Shown one piece after another: positions 25,589 through 38,182 of a stretch of 64,000 bases of DNA; position 1 is the first letter of the stretch, and each line of letters starts with the position of its first letter. The translations under genes and the position numbers were made by a program. The stretch is from Parasitella parasitica NRRL 2501 (taxonomy: Eukaryota; Fungi; Mucoromycota). Under the pieces are notes generated by a model. The model saw nothing but the letters and a program-made list of their open reading frames with translations, was not told the DNA's origin and searched no databases. The stretch is from NCBI GenBank assembly GCA_025201805.1, contig MU619307.1, positions 76,268-140,267 of the forward strand, given 5' to 3'.

Positions 25589-28500
25589 ATGGCACAAAGC
25601 GAACCAAACGAAAAGTTTGCAGGGTAAAGTAATCAATCACGAAGGGACATCAAGATGACACAGTTAACGAATTTTCATCTAGAACTTATCGTAAACTCTT
25701 TGACACCATAGAAAGAGGTTCTGAACAATGCTCTACTGATAGACTTCAAACCCTTTTAGAGGAGAAAAAGGATCAATTCAAACTGGGATTAGAAGCTTTC
25801 AGCGAGCCTTCTGCTCAAGCACGCTCAAAAATCACCAGCCTTACTGCAGGCACAAGTCTCGCTGTAGATGGAAAGTCAATCAAACTGGGTCAAAATGAGA
25901 AAGATCTTGTGTTAAAGCTATCAGAAATACTGAAATTGAATGAGCTACAGTGTGCATTGGTCTGGGATACCTACAAACAAGCCAGCAAAATCGACGTCGG
26001 TGAGACGACAGAAACGCCATTGTGCGAGGATATTCAGTTGATGATGAATGTGATCAACTGTTACTTTGAGGATCGTCTCTCGCTTTTAGGATGCATTAGT
26101 TCTCTAAAGAGGATTGCAATCGATCAAGGCCATCCTTATACAAGCATCGCCAACGACACAGTCAACAAATTGCACCAGGATGAGAATAATAACACGTATA
26201 TCGAGCAACTTTTTTCACAGTATGCCAAATTGATTCGTAGCAATGCTCCTAGTCGTGCTCAATTATTCAACGGTTGGTCGCTTATTTGGGCCAAGCAGAA
26301 TTTAAAGGAACAACGGGCCTTGTTGGAAATCATATTTCTTTTCACCCTGACAGAGCCTGCAACACCCACACTCATTTTTTCGATTATTCAAGAATTTGAA
26401 GCCGATTGTTTTGGATACTATCAAGCTTTCAGCTATGTATTGGATGAAGAGGGTATACAGTTACGCCAAAAAGTGATCCATATCTGCATGCTATTATCCG
26501 CCAATATCATTGTTCCATCATATCTCACAGTGGGCACTAAATTGGAGGCTTCAATTGCAGAACAATCCTTATTGAACTCGCCTGATTACATTGTAAAAAT
26601 CAATCAGATTGCCTGTTTCATGGGTGATAGACCGGAGCAATCTGTCTTCTTGATGGCCTGGTCATTTTTCCTTACTTGTGTTGATTCAATTATAAATGAC
26701 GAGGATGCAACAGCACCAGCCAGTTATATTCAACTCATTAGCCCTATTCTTGAAGGAAAGCAAATGATATCACCCACATTTTTGATCGACAGACCTTTGA
26801 GCAGTAGCTCAGTATGTGCTGATACAAACAGCAGAGTCATCCTCATCAACCAAAGTGCACATTTAGATCGAATTTACCTGGGACGTTCATTGAAACTGAG
26901 CGTATTTACTGTGATCATTGGAGCTTTGGAAAGTGAGATATGCAGCGAAGAAGATGTGAATAATGCCGGATATAGATCAGTGCTGAGGACTTTACTCAAC
27001 TCTTTCTTGTCCGTCACTCGCCCAAATTATATACCTATCGACAGCTACACAACCTTGATCAACTGCTATCACTTGATCTATAAAAATCAACCTGCTCTTT
27101 GCAATGCATTTTGGACCAAAGATTTCGATTCAGAAAACGCTTTTTCATTACTTGCAACAGCCCGCAGTAGATTTCCTGTATTCTTTACAGACTTTTTACA
27201 ATTACTGTCAGCATTGACAGGTGCGCCTACGGAAAGCAGTAGCGACTCAGACGGAACTTCAGCAAAGAATGTGTTTGACTATCTTTGTAACATCCCAGCT
27301 ATGACAGTTATCATGTCACCAGATGTAAATATCACAGCTTCTGACGAGAATAACGAAGTGGTAATTTATGCTGATCGAGCAATTCGAGTTACCGAGGAAT
27401 TGGATTCGATTGCGAGCATTACGATTCCAGAAGGGAGCCGAGGATTACTTCTCAACAAGGCAGAGGATGAGCGTGTGGTTCAATATGCATGGCAGTACTC
27501 AGGATGGCATCTTTTGACGTCTGTCTTGGCTGGTTTTGTGACAAACATTTCATCTAAATCAACAGATGTATTAGATGGCGAGAAAATCTTGGCAGGAAAG
27601 AATGTGGATGCCATTGTCAGTGTACTCGAGTTATTCCACAGCGTTTTGATCAGCAACCCCAAGCTAGCACCTACGTTGGTTCAACATATCGATACTGTAG
27701 CTAGTCAAGGCTCCACGACATCCGTTTTCATTTCGCTACTTTGCAGTATCGTCAGCACCAGCAGCACGACCAAACCCTGCCCCATCCCCGTTTTGACATT
27801 GGCTACCAAGTGCATGACGTTGCTAATACCCTTTTATCGCAACGACATTTGGGCCTATCTCAAAAATACTCCCATTTTACCTACTACCAACACCAGTTTT
27901 CACACGGGCCTTTCCTCCTATTCAACCAAAGTAGCTACAAATGCACAGATTCAAGAGATTGTTTCCAAGGTGGAGTGTCCTGCTGGAGAGTATACGCTGC
28001 TTTTAGCTTTTTTGGACCTAGTTCAATGTCTTGTGCAAGATGTTCAACGTTGTTGGTGGGTAAATGAACATCCTCAAGATAAATATCGCATTGAAATTCT
28101 CTACGTTTGTCTGCATTACCTCATGTCTGATGTGTTCCCTTCGTACTCTCAATGGCGTTATAAAAAGGTTGCCGAACGCTACTTGATTGGTATCAAGGTA
28201 CTCAATATTTTCACTGATGTTGTAAATGGATTCAAGGAGCCTTGCAGCTCAAGCAGTGACAAGCTATCGTTAAATGGCATCCGTGAAGGAATCTTTAGCA
28301 ACTTTTTATATGATGGTGTTGCCTACCACATCTCTCCTTTGGTGGATGTGATTGGCGAAGGTGCCAGAATCGCAGATACATTCTACAACTTGGGTCTACC
28401 TAAAGAAGCTGAACGTGTTGAGAAATTGACTGAAATGACTTTTATTTTTGTTAAAACTCTGCTGCAGCACCGATTAGAACAAATCGAACAGGGCATTCCC

Positions 28501-31500
28501 TTGGCTGATACCACTCTAGAGCGCTTGTTGTTGGAACGCACACCAAACAGCACGTCATCAGACTTCTTGCTTCGCGTTGCGAGACATATTAATTATCGCC
28601 ATAACATTAGTTTGCCAATTCAAGCCACTAATGTATTGACTTTACTATGTCGCACCACTTCTGCTTGGAAAACTGCCCCCAACTTTGTCCAATACCTTGG
28701 TAGCACGGCTCAAGCCCATGTCATTATTCGCACTTATCTTAGTATTGCCAAAGACCAATTTCAAAATCAAGTATTGCTAACATGTATCTGGCAGTTGCTG
28801 ACTGTATTGATGGAGACTCAACCTACTTTGGCTATTCTTTTCCTGGACTGTGGCGATTTCATCATGCCTAGCCCCAAATCTGCTGTTCGGGTCTTACCTG
28901 GCCAGCCGCAGCCTGCAAGCACGACACCCCAATCGCCTCAATCAACTGAATCTGCTATCCGTGCTGCAACTGACATCCTTGGATTCTGGGAAACGCTCTC
29001 TGTTGAAAAGCCAACTGTTGTGTCCAATGTGTTGCATTTCCTCGCCACCTTTTGGCAGACTGCTTTTGACCATTACGCTCTTGTTGAACGTGCTCGTGTT
29101 GATAATACTCTTTGGGATGGTCTTGGTAAAGTACTGTTGAATCCTACTGCTGATATCGACGCCACCAGCCGTGAAGTACAATCGCTGGACTTGCTGGATA
29201 CTGAAAATAGCGAGGCGCGTCATGATACCAATGTGCGTCGTATCTGCTGTCTAAATTTGAGCAAGGCGTATGTGATGCGTATCATTGCTTATGAAATCCA
29301 TCTGTCTGCAGGTAATATCCAGAGTCAGGCCTCTGCTGTGGCTGATAAACTTCCTGTGGGCCTCAAGCATTTGCTGAGCAAGATCAGCGAATCTTCTAAA
29401 CTTGTTTCCATGCGCGATAGCATTGTCAAGAACGATTTTAACCCAAGTATCGTTCGCGAAGTTGAAACGTCTGCAAAAGCACTGTTGGAAACAATTGGTG
29501 CTCAATCTGTAAATGCACTGTTGCTCAAAGTTCCTCGAGTCGGATCTGGCGATGAAGGTGCCCCTGGTGAGATGCGTCAATATGGCGATTCTTTCTTGTA
29601 CGATTACCGTATGGCTAGTAATAGAGTCTACACATTATACAAGGACATTGTGTCAAAGTATGACTTTATCAACCAAGAGAACTTGATCATCACGCCTGAA
29701 ATTCAAGCCGTACTTAGCCTCAAGCAGTACGCTAATGGTTTTCTTCAAACTCTTCTGCTTGTCAATTATAATAGCTCCATCGTCGACTCTCAAATTATCT
29801 TGTTGCGCGCTTTCAAGTCCTTTATTGAAACTGCTTCGCGCCGTGCTACTGATTTGCTTTGGGCCAACAAGACAGGTACATCTGGATCTGACTCGCTTTA
29901 CTCCTTCTTGAAAGGCCTGGTTGAAAATGCTCAAAATGAAACTCGCGATGACGGTGTTACGCTTACATCTTATAGCATCTTGGTTCATTTCATCCGTAGC
30001 TTGACTGAAGATTGGATCGGCAAGAACAGTGATACTGTGACAGGAAACAACATTGCTGCCCAAAAGGTGTACTCTAGCAAGACATTTGAAATCCTCTCGG
30101 GTCTCTGTAATCTGGTAAATCGTGAAAACTATGCTCTCTCTAATAGCATCCGTGGTTATACAGCTATTAGTTTCCATCGCCCTTTGCTGGAAACCATAAA
30201 GCTTTCTGTTCGAACTCTTCGTGGCACAATGTGTCATTTTACACCCCTTTCCTTTGAACATATGCAGTTTCAGAATTGTTACACAACTCTCTTGACTGTG
30301 ATCTGCTCTAGTTTTAGCGTGTTGTCCACCAAAGCTATCTCCTATAGCGCCGAGGGGTCTCTTGCGAGCGAAGAACAAATTGAAAACTGCATCAAGGATG
30401 TCACTGTGGTAATTTCGCAATTGCAAGAGTTGATTAATGCCAAGTATAGCATGCCCCAAGATATCTGGATTGATGCTTTTGAAGAACATCAAACTATTCC
30501 TTTGTTATTGTCACTTTTATATTCTGGTATTGAGGTGCTTGTAAAGGAAGTTGAAAGGTACGGCTCTAGATCTATATACCAACTAGTTTGTCATATTCAC
30601 ACGATTAACCATCCACCTTGTAGTCAATGTCAAAACCTCAATAGTGCTCACAACATTAGCATTACACCTTACGCAGAAACAGTATTATACTTTTTATTGG
30701 CGCTGTCTAATATACCAAAAGCAGCAAAGAAGCTTGTAAAACACAACATCTTTGGCCTTTTAAGCAACAACAAATTAACACCATGTTGGCAGCAAGGAAA
30801 ATTGGACATGTATATTCGATTTGGAGATGGCAGCAAGAATGGACCCAATTACGCTGAGCGTAACCCTCTTCATTCTATTTGGTGTCAAACACTAGGTGTG
30901 ATCAATAACCTGATGTGCCATGTTGGCAGCGAAGAAATGGTGCTTCATTGCACAGTCAATCTAATGCAAATGTATGGTCCACAAATCGGCACAGCCTTCA
31001 ACAATGCCAATGGGGCCAACGACACTTTTCTCGGTTTGTCAGCCTCGGAATCGCTTTCTACGCCTTTATTGGAGGAAATTGATCGTATCAACATGCTCTT
31101 TTTCAGGGTATCACAGCATTTGGATAGACTACCTAACATTGCGACCAACTTGTTTGTGTCTTATAAAAACTGCTCTTTATTCTTACTTCAACGCTATCTT
31201 TATTTCTACACTCATCCTTCGCACATGCAAGCTCAACTTTACCCAACAGATAATATAGAACGTCAGCAAGCACAAACATTCCTCACGTCAAAGTCAACTA
31301 CAGCATCGAGCAGCGAACACGAAGAAGGCGTGAAGCCGCAAATCAGCGAGTTGATGCAAAAGACTATCAAATTTACTTTGAATATTACACACCACATGCT
31401 TACAACGCTGGTTGCATTGACAGATACAGATGTCATCTTGACTAGACCTGATGTAGACTGGCCATTTGGAAATGCAATTATTTACCCCGATATGCGTGTT

Positions 31501-31863
31501 ACCAATGGCGAATCGTCGTCATTTGGTACCTTGATTGCATTCATGAATGTGTGTATTCTCATGCTGGGGCAATGGCAAGATATCAAAGGATCTCCTCACA
31601 AGCAACTACTGGATGTCATTCAAGATTGTGCTGTTTTATTAACAACTCAAGCGGTTCTCTGGATCGCTAAACCTGATATCAAAGACGAAACTAGAAATGA
31701 AATCGCCCAGGAAATCATCCTGGATATCACTGAAGTCTTGAGCAAATCCATAGCTTCCTTGACCAAATTAGAAACAGCTCTCAAGGACCAGAAAATTAAG
31801 GATAAAATCAATATCATTAGCTATTTGCAACAAGTCCTGGGAAAACGTTTTTTTACAGAATAA
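25589..31863 (+). CDS. NUP188: Nucleoporin Nup188
   Basis: About 2000-aa helical protein; GLEAFSEPSAQARSKI, SRFPVFF, ECPAGEYTLLLAFLDLV, WRYKKVAERYLIG and ERNPLHSIW. Intron at about 25624-25682 and a probable in-frame intron at 30558-30623. Nup192/205 not fully excluded. Confidence 0.82.
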
Positions 31864-32176
31864 CTCTCTTACTCTTCTCCTCCTCCTCCCCCCCCCCCCT
31901 TCTCCTCCTCCTTCTCCCACACGCTCAATAAATCGCTGTTCACAACTAAATACACCCATCCCATTAATAAAAACAATGAAATTTATATACATAAATATAT
32001 ATACCAAAAGAAGGCAATAATATAGATCAAGACCATTTGAATACGTAAAGCGAATTGTGATCTTTTAACCAGCCGACCAATGTTTATTAATTTCGTAGTA
32101 TTATGAGGAGATTAAGAGTAAGTATACACATGTCATTTTTATTTTTTACCGAAAAAGCTTGTAATTTTGCGAGATT

Positions 32177-33409
32177 TTAATCCATCAAGAGTTTCTTTAG
32201 CACTTTTTTTTCTCTTTTTTTTAGTATGAGATGGCGGTTTATCAATTGCTTTGGGTGAAGGTGGCTAAAGTCATAGCTTTTAGTTACTTTTATGCTATAC
32301 CAAGCGAATGAGCCTACCTCTTTGTAAATAGCGGTTTCTCTTTTTTCTTTATTGATGGACACTTTTTTGCTCATCTCATCCTCCGGATCTACAGGCTTCA
32401 GAAAGTGGGATATGCTTGACTTTTGTTCATCCAGCGGTATTATCAACGCTGGAGTGTCGTTTTTGGTGGGTCCAACTTTTGGTGATACCTGGAAGCTTTA
32501 TACATAAAGGTCATTCACATCATGCAAACATTTGCAATACCCTGGGGGATATATACTCACCAATCCAGCTCATCTGGGAAAGGTTTCAATAAATTTATGA
32601 CGGTTGGAGACCAAAGAATACTGCTGTTTATCCAAACATTGACATCACTTGGCTCCAAGATGACAGGCATACGACGGTGAATCTTTGTAAAAAACGTAGA
32701 AGCAGTAGTCGTAATGATTGTACAGGTAGCGACAGTTTGCGCTATTAGCGTCTATGTATCAATCCCTTTTATAGATGGTTAACGATATGATTTTTACTTA
32801 CAATCAATAGTAGCAATACTGTAAAGTCCTGCAAAAATCATCATTTTGCCATCCCTTCTTTTGATATAAAAAGCCTGCTTTTTTTTGTTCCATTCGAAGA
32901 AGCTGAAGATGAACTGTTAATCATGCATGTTGGAATTGATATATTTTATTTACCCTTCTGCGGCGATTATGCAGCGATGGACATTCTTTGATTTATCAAA
33001 CATACTTTTCTCTTCAATCAATGTTTCAAGACGAGCGTTAATGGGCTACAACGACAATGAGCAACTGCAGGTGTCAAAAATTTGCATGAATGTTTTTACC
33101 TTGCTGTAGGGAGCGTCATTTAGCCAAGAGGGGATGAATCCCCATTGCTACACAATGAAAACAATTGACATCAATTAAATAGTGAATAATTTTACAAGCC
33201 TATTATATGCATACCATAGATTGAATGATTTTTTGATTCTGACTCTTTTCTAATACTGTGGGGATATATCGAGTAGGGCAGACATTATAACTAGGTCTAT
33301 GGGCGTCTTGGTCAACCCATTCAGTATTTGGATTTGGTAGTACGTTTTCTTGATATAGTTCATTTCTAATATCATCCGCACTGAGTGAGCAACAAAAACG
33401 GCCACACAT
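32177..33409 (-). CDS. HMCES: SRAP-domain abasic-site protection protein (HMCES/YedK/YMR114C)
   Basis: N-terminal MCGRF (catalytic Cys2), SYNVCPT, WGFIPSW, INARLETL, RCIIAAEGFFEW, FAGLYS, TIITT and IHRRMPVIL; multi-exon. Confidence 0.92.
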
Positions 33410-33743
33410 CTCAAATATGTAAGTTATGGTTTAGAAAAAAAAGTAGAAACTCTTTTTGGAAGAAAAAGAGTGCTTCTAGATTGTATTTAAAGTCCTAAAA
33501 GCGTGCCTATGTTATAGAGGGGAAGATGCGAAAAAGGCTGACTACAGTGTAGGATTTAGCTATATCTCAACAGAGGGAATGAAGAGAGCAACCAATATCT
33601 GGAAGAACAGCTTTTGGGAGTACAAGAAATGTGATTGAAGGCTTCGCTCACGATGAGAATTGCCCTCTTTGAAGGTTCGTCGCTTTTTTTTTCAACAAAT
33701 ATTGATATGGTACAGCTTTATTCAAGGTCGAATTCTACAGTCT

Positions 33744-35609
33744 TTAAACGCCTTGAACTACTTCAGGCCAAGTTTGACGAATCTATGAAGTCATGAGTTT
33801 AGTACAAGAGAAAAAAAATAAAAAAGGTGGAAAAAAAACACGCATCAGACTTACAGCTTCGAATAATTCTGGATTGACCCTACAATACAACAATAGTCAA
33901 TGAATAAACAAAATATCTCTGAAAGAATACGGGTTATGATAGTTACCTCCTTAAGGCATCTGGGTCCTCTGCTAAACACACAAAGGTAGTTATTACACCG
34001 CTGGAAATAACCGTTGAAATAGCAGAAAACATGGACATGCCAATAATGAAACAAACCAACATAACGATAGGAGTCATACTGCCCGTAGCATTGTAGGCAG
34101 GCTTAGCAACAAGCAAGTACAAGTAGCCTAGCAAGGATGACAATACACCAACCAACAATGTGCCCATAAACAAGACATTGCCAATCAAATTATCATTGAT
34201 CAATGCTTCCACACCACGATCCTGAATAATGGACCATGTACGTTTGGCAGTAGGGACAAATCCTTGGCCGTAGATAGCAACACCACTGAACGCATACTGA
34301 TTAAACCATTCCTATCATGACATTATAATATTAGCTGCCGAATTGCCATTTAAGTGGTCGTCTGCGAAGTAAACTCACAAATAGTCCCTGAATGCAGCTA
34401 ATGATGCAATCTAAAATACACAATACAAATCCAAGCAGTTCATTACCAGATCCAGATCTTGCGACTTGGATAAAGTAGCGAATGGTTTTGATGATAGCAA
34501 TCAACAGGCCACCGAAACAAATCGAACCGAAACTAGTGGTTAAAGCTCTCTTTGCGCTTCCCCAGATCGGATGGGATATCTGATTGTTTAAAAAGTAAAC
34601 TGTAGCGAATACGCCAGCCAAGGTAACATGAGTTACATAGGCAATCACCTGCGTGGTCCAGTAGAATGAAAATACCAGAAACACCATCACAGCGTTTAGT
34701 TTCGAATTGCTACCAGTTGCGTTGTAATACACCTGATACACACCCACCACGGTCATCAGGAACCAAACAGAGTAGATGGTCTGAATGACAAGTGAACCGA
34801 TGCCCCATACCATAGTACTCCAGTATTTACGAGTGATCGCAGTAATCGATTTCAGCATAACTAGATCGATAAAAAAAAGTCATTAGTAATTAACTAGTCG
34901 TTCGCATCATTAGTACTCACCAGTAGCAAATGGAATTCTACCCCGCCATAGCCAGAAACATAAAGCGTATAGCAGCGTAAAGATCAAAAAGATGATGGCA
35001 GCAGAATAATAATGCATATAAAAATAGTAAATGGAAACACCAAAGTAAACCAAAATGCTGCCAATAAAGGTAATCACTATCAAGGGACCAGGGAATCTAC
35101 GTTATACGACCACATTAGCTATTTACTCTCTGCAACAGCAACAGCAAAAAAAAAACCTACATGTTGGCTACTAGCAAATACATGAAACTGAGCCCAAATC
35201 CAACAATGACAGAGAAACCAAAAACTTTGACTGTATCAGTGTCAAACGTAACACCTCCTCCCGTTTGAGGCGCTGTGCCTCCATACGATCCTTTGTTCTG
35301 TGAAAAACTGCGAAGACCAATGACGGACAATGCGATAAACGCAGCCATATTACAAAGCCAAAGAATGGTAGCCCAAACATCTTTGAATCCACTCGAAGGT
35401 CTGATCTTATCATTTGCATTCAATGGCTGCTCGCCTAACTCGGCATATCCTGCACTTTGATTGTATTGCTGCTGCTGTTGGGGAGCAGGAGGAGGGTAGT
35501 ACTGAGGGGGCTGTGGATAGCCCTGAGGGGGAGAAGCGTATTGCTGAGGTGGGGGAGGGTATTGTTGTTGCATCGTTGGCTGCTGTGGGTATGGATTGTT
35601 GGGATCCAT
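33744..35609 (-). CDS. PNS1: PNS1 / choline transporter-like (CTL, SLC44) membrane protein
   Basis: P/Q-rich N-terminus; FKDVWATILW, RGRIPFA, FSFYWTTQV, RALTTSFGSICFG, NQYAFSGVAIYG, EALINDNLI and FVCLAEDP; multi-exon. Confidence 0.92.
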
Positions 35610-35736
35610 TTTACGAGTGAGTATAGCAAATGAGAAGAAAAAGGAACTATATTTAAAATCAAAGCCCAAAGTTTTTATACATGAAACGATTTTTTTTTTC
35701 TTCTACAACTATATACAAAATGTATTTTGTTTAATA

Positions 35737-38182
35737 TTAACAAATTCCATCAAATGCAGTCTGGAATAGACTATCAAAATCTTGAAAGAATAAAGGGTTT
35801 CCTGTAGTAGTTACTACAGAGCCAGCACTGCCACCTTCAGAAGTGTCAAACATTTGATTCTCATCGGTAAAAGGGACATGAGTGTAGCTAAACAAAGACA
35901 AAGAAGAAGGTGGCGCTGGTTGTGTAACTGGAGCCGAGCGGTGCATCACACCATCATTGTTGCGAGTGCTTTTAGCTGCTACGGGAATGCGGTTGGATCG
36001 CAAAAAGTCTTTTAGCTTCTTGTATATTGTTTTTGTGGATGACTGCTGCTCAGGAAGCCAGAATAAGGCGTGTTTGCTTATAGCATGCAATGCGCGTATC
36101 TGATCGTACATCTTTTGAGGATTGATGCTGAGCTGATACTGGGCAATAGTCATGTTGACGAGGGTTTCCAGGGCCAAAGACATGATTCCCAAAGGCAATA
36201 AAGCGTCATCTCCATTTTCGGCTTGAGTATTGGCTTCAGCATATAACTTGTTCTTGTCAATCTCCTTGAGAAACGTTTGTAATAACGTCTGTAAAGTAAT
36301 GGTTGTAGGTAGCAAGTTTGCAATTCTTGCTGCTATTTTTACATCCTGGAGATTCAAGGGCGAAGCCACCTTTTGATAGCGCATGGGTGCAACGTTATTG
36401 CTGGCCTTGACAAAGCTGAAATGTATACAGTACAAATAATAGGTTGTTTCTATCGAAAAGCGCTGTTGGGATGACCACTGATAGCTTTCTTGCGCGATAA
36501 AGTCTGAGAAATCGTTGAGAACGAGTTGGATTTTGCAATCAGTTTCACTGTTAAACCAAGCTGCTGATGCTGCTGCTGTGCCTAGTATCTGCAAGAGCAT
36601 TTGATGATCATGAATGTGCTGCTTTTCCACTGTTGTTGGAGGCGGCGCTGGATATGTTTTACATCCAAATACATTGTATTCGGATTTCGGTAGACAGGAG
36701 AATAGCTTTGAGCTGAAATAGGTGATTACCATTTCTGTGTGGAATGTTTCTATGAGATACCCGGAGGATGGTGATTGATTGTCGTGTGCTAAATCGTATT
36801 GGTAGGATGCTGATGTTTCTTTGTTGGCGGGCGGGAATGGTTGACCATGAAACAGTAATGAATCCCTGAGGTACAGTCCCACTAAATAACGGTTAGTAGT
36901 GCACGTTGGCGGTAAACGCATGTACATTACATTCAATACACCCATATGCTGTAGATCGCAGTGCTGCCCAGTATGTAGTAACAAGCTGTTCTCTGTCAAT
37001 GGGGTCGTAGTCCTCGATATCTCTGTGGCCACTTTCATGGCTGACATGATCGCTATCAATAACGCCATCAGTAATTTTGACGTTGTTGCTGAATATTCCC
37101 AAATCTGCAGCCATCATGTACGAAAGAGAGATTATGGTCATCCCATGCTTGGGCAAGCCAAACAAGGTTTCAAAGATGCCCAAAATAACGGAAGCTTGAT
37201 AGTTCCCCAGAGAAGAAGGCGATTTGGTACCCCTGACATCTCTTTGCTTGAAGAACCTCTCCATCAAGACATAGGCATAATTGAGGAAAGGGTTACGCTG
37301 CATATCCCAAAGCTTGTAAGCCCCGCCTCCTACGGTTTGCTGACATGTGTATATAGAAATCCCATAAATGGTACACAGTAATAGAGGCTCTATAGAGTCA
37401 TCCCAATAGGTTTGTAGCAACTTAGTCTTGTTGAGCAGGATATGATAAGGGTGTAGTTGAAAAAAGTAATTAATCAATTGAACGGCCTGTTCAGTGGGGA
37501 TGGAGTTTAATGGCGAGCTGTTACTGTACTGGCTGTTGGTGTTAAAAAAAAAGACATTGACCTGCTCTTGTCTCATGAAGGCTGTAATCGTGAGCTCTGG
37601 GTCAAAGAAACTATCGATATTAAACAGCTGGCAGGTGCGTTTGATTGTTAGGTTCACCAAACTACTTGTTAGCCAAGTAAAGTGCTGGTGTAACGAGCTC
37701 AATTTGAAGTGAGGCGATAGCTGGAATCCTATTAAAGACTCTCGTAAATGATACCCACGAGCGATATAAAGTGAATATATTCTTTCAATATCTAATATCT
37801 GGTTATGGTACTTGATTAGATGTTGCGGCACTTGGAGCTTTTCTCGTATCAACACTTGCTGTCGCTCTGGAAGTGTTGAAGCTGGATAGACCGTAGATTG
37901 ATTTTCAAAAATGAACTCACGGCATTGAATTGTATCCTTCTCGTTCTTCTGCTGCGGTGTCGCTTGCGTTGAGGTTGAAGACACAACCAGATCGTTGTTC
38001 TTTTGGAATATTGCATTCTTAGGTGGTCGACCGTATGTCCTTGGCTTGGGATATATACAGAGATGCTCTCGAAAATTTCGGATACAGCGACTGCAATGTG
38101 GTTTCTCTCCATCGCATCTGGCTTTCTTGGTCCGGCATGGCAGGCAGCTTATCTTTCGTGGCTTCTTCTTTACATCAGCCAT
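35737..38182 (-). CDS. Zn(II)2Cys6 transcription factor with fungal TF middle domain
   Basis: CLPCRTKKARCDGEKPHCSRCIRNFREHLC. The two overlapping ORFs are joined by intron 36882-36930 (GTAATG...TACTAAC...TAG). Confidence 0.9.

Noticed and set aside
27480-31258. Antisense and nested ORFs in NUP188 (including 279 aa at 29653-30492)
   Set aside because: Shadows of a long coding sequence with no independent motifs.
36893-37068. Overlapping ORFs suggesting programmed frameshifting in the Zn2Cys6 gene
   Set aside because: Explained by a canonical 49-nt intron with a TACTAAC branch point.
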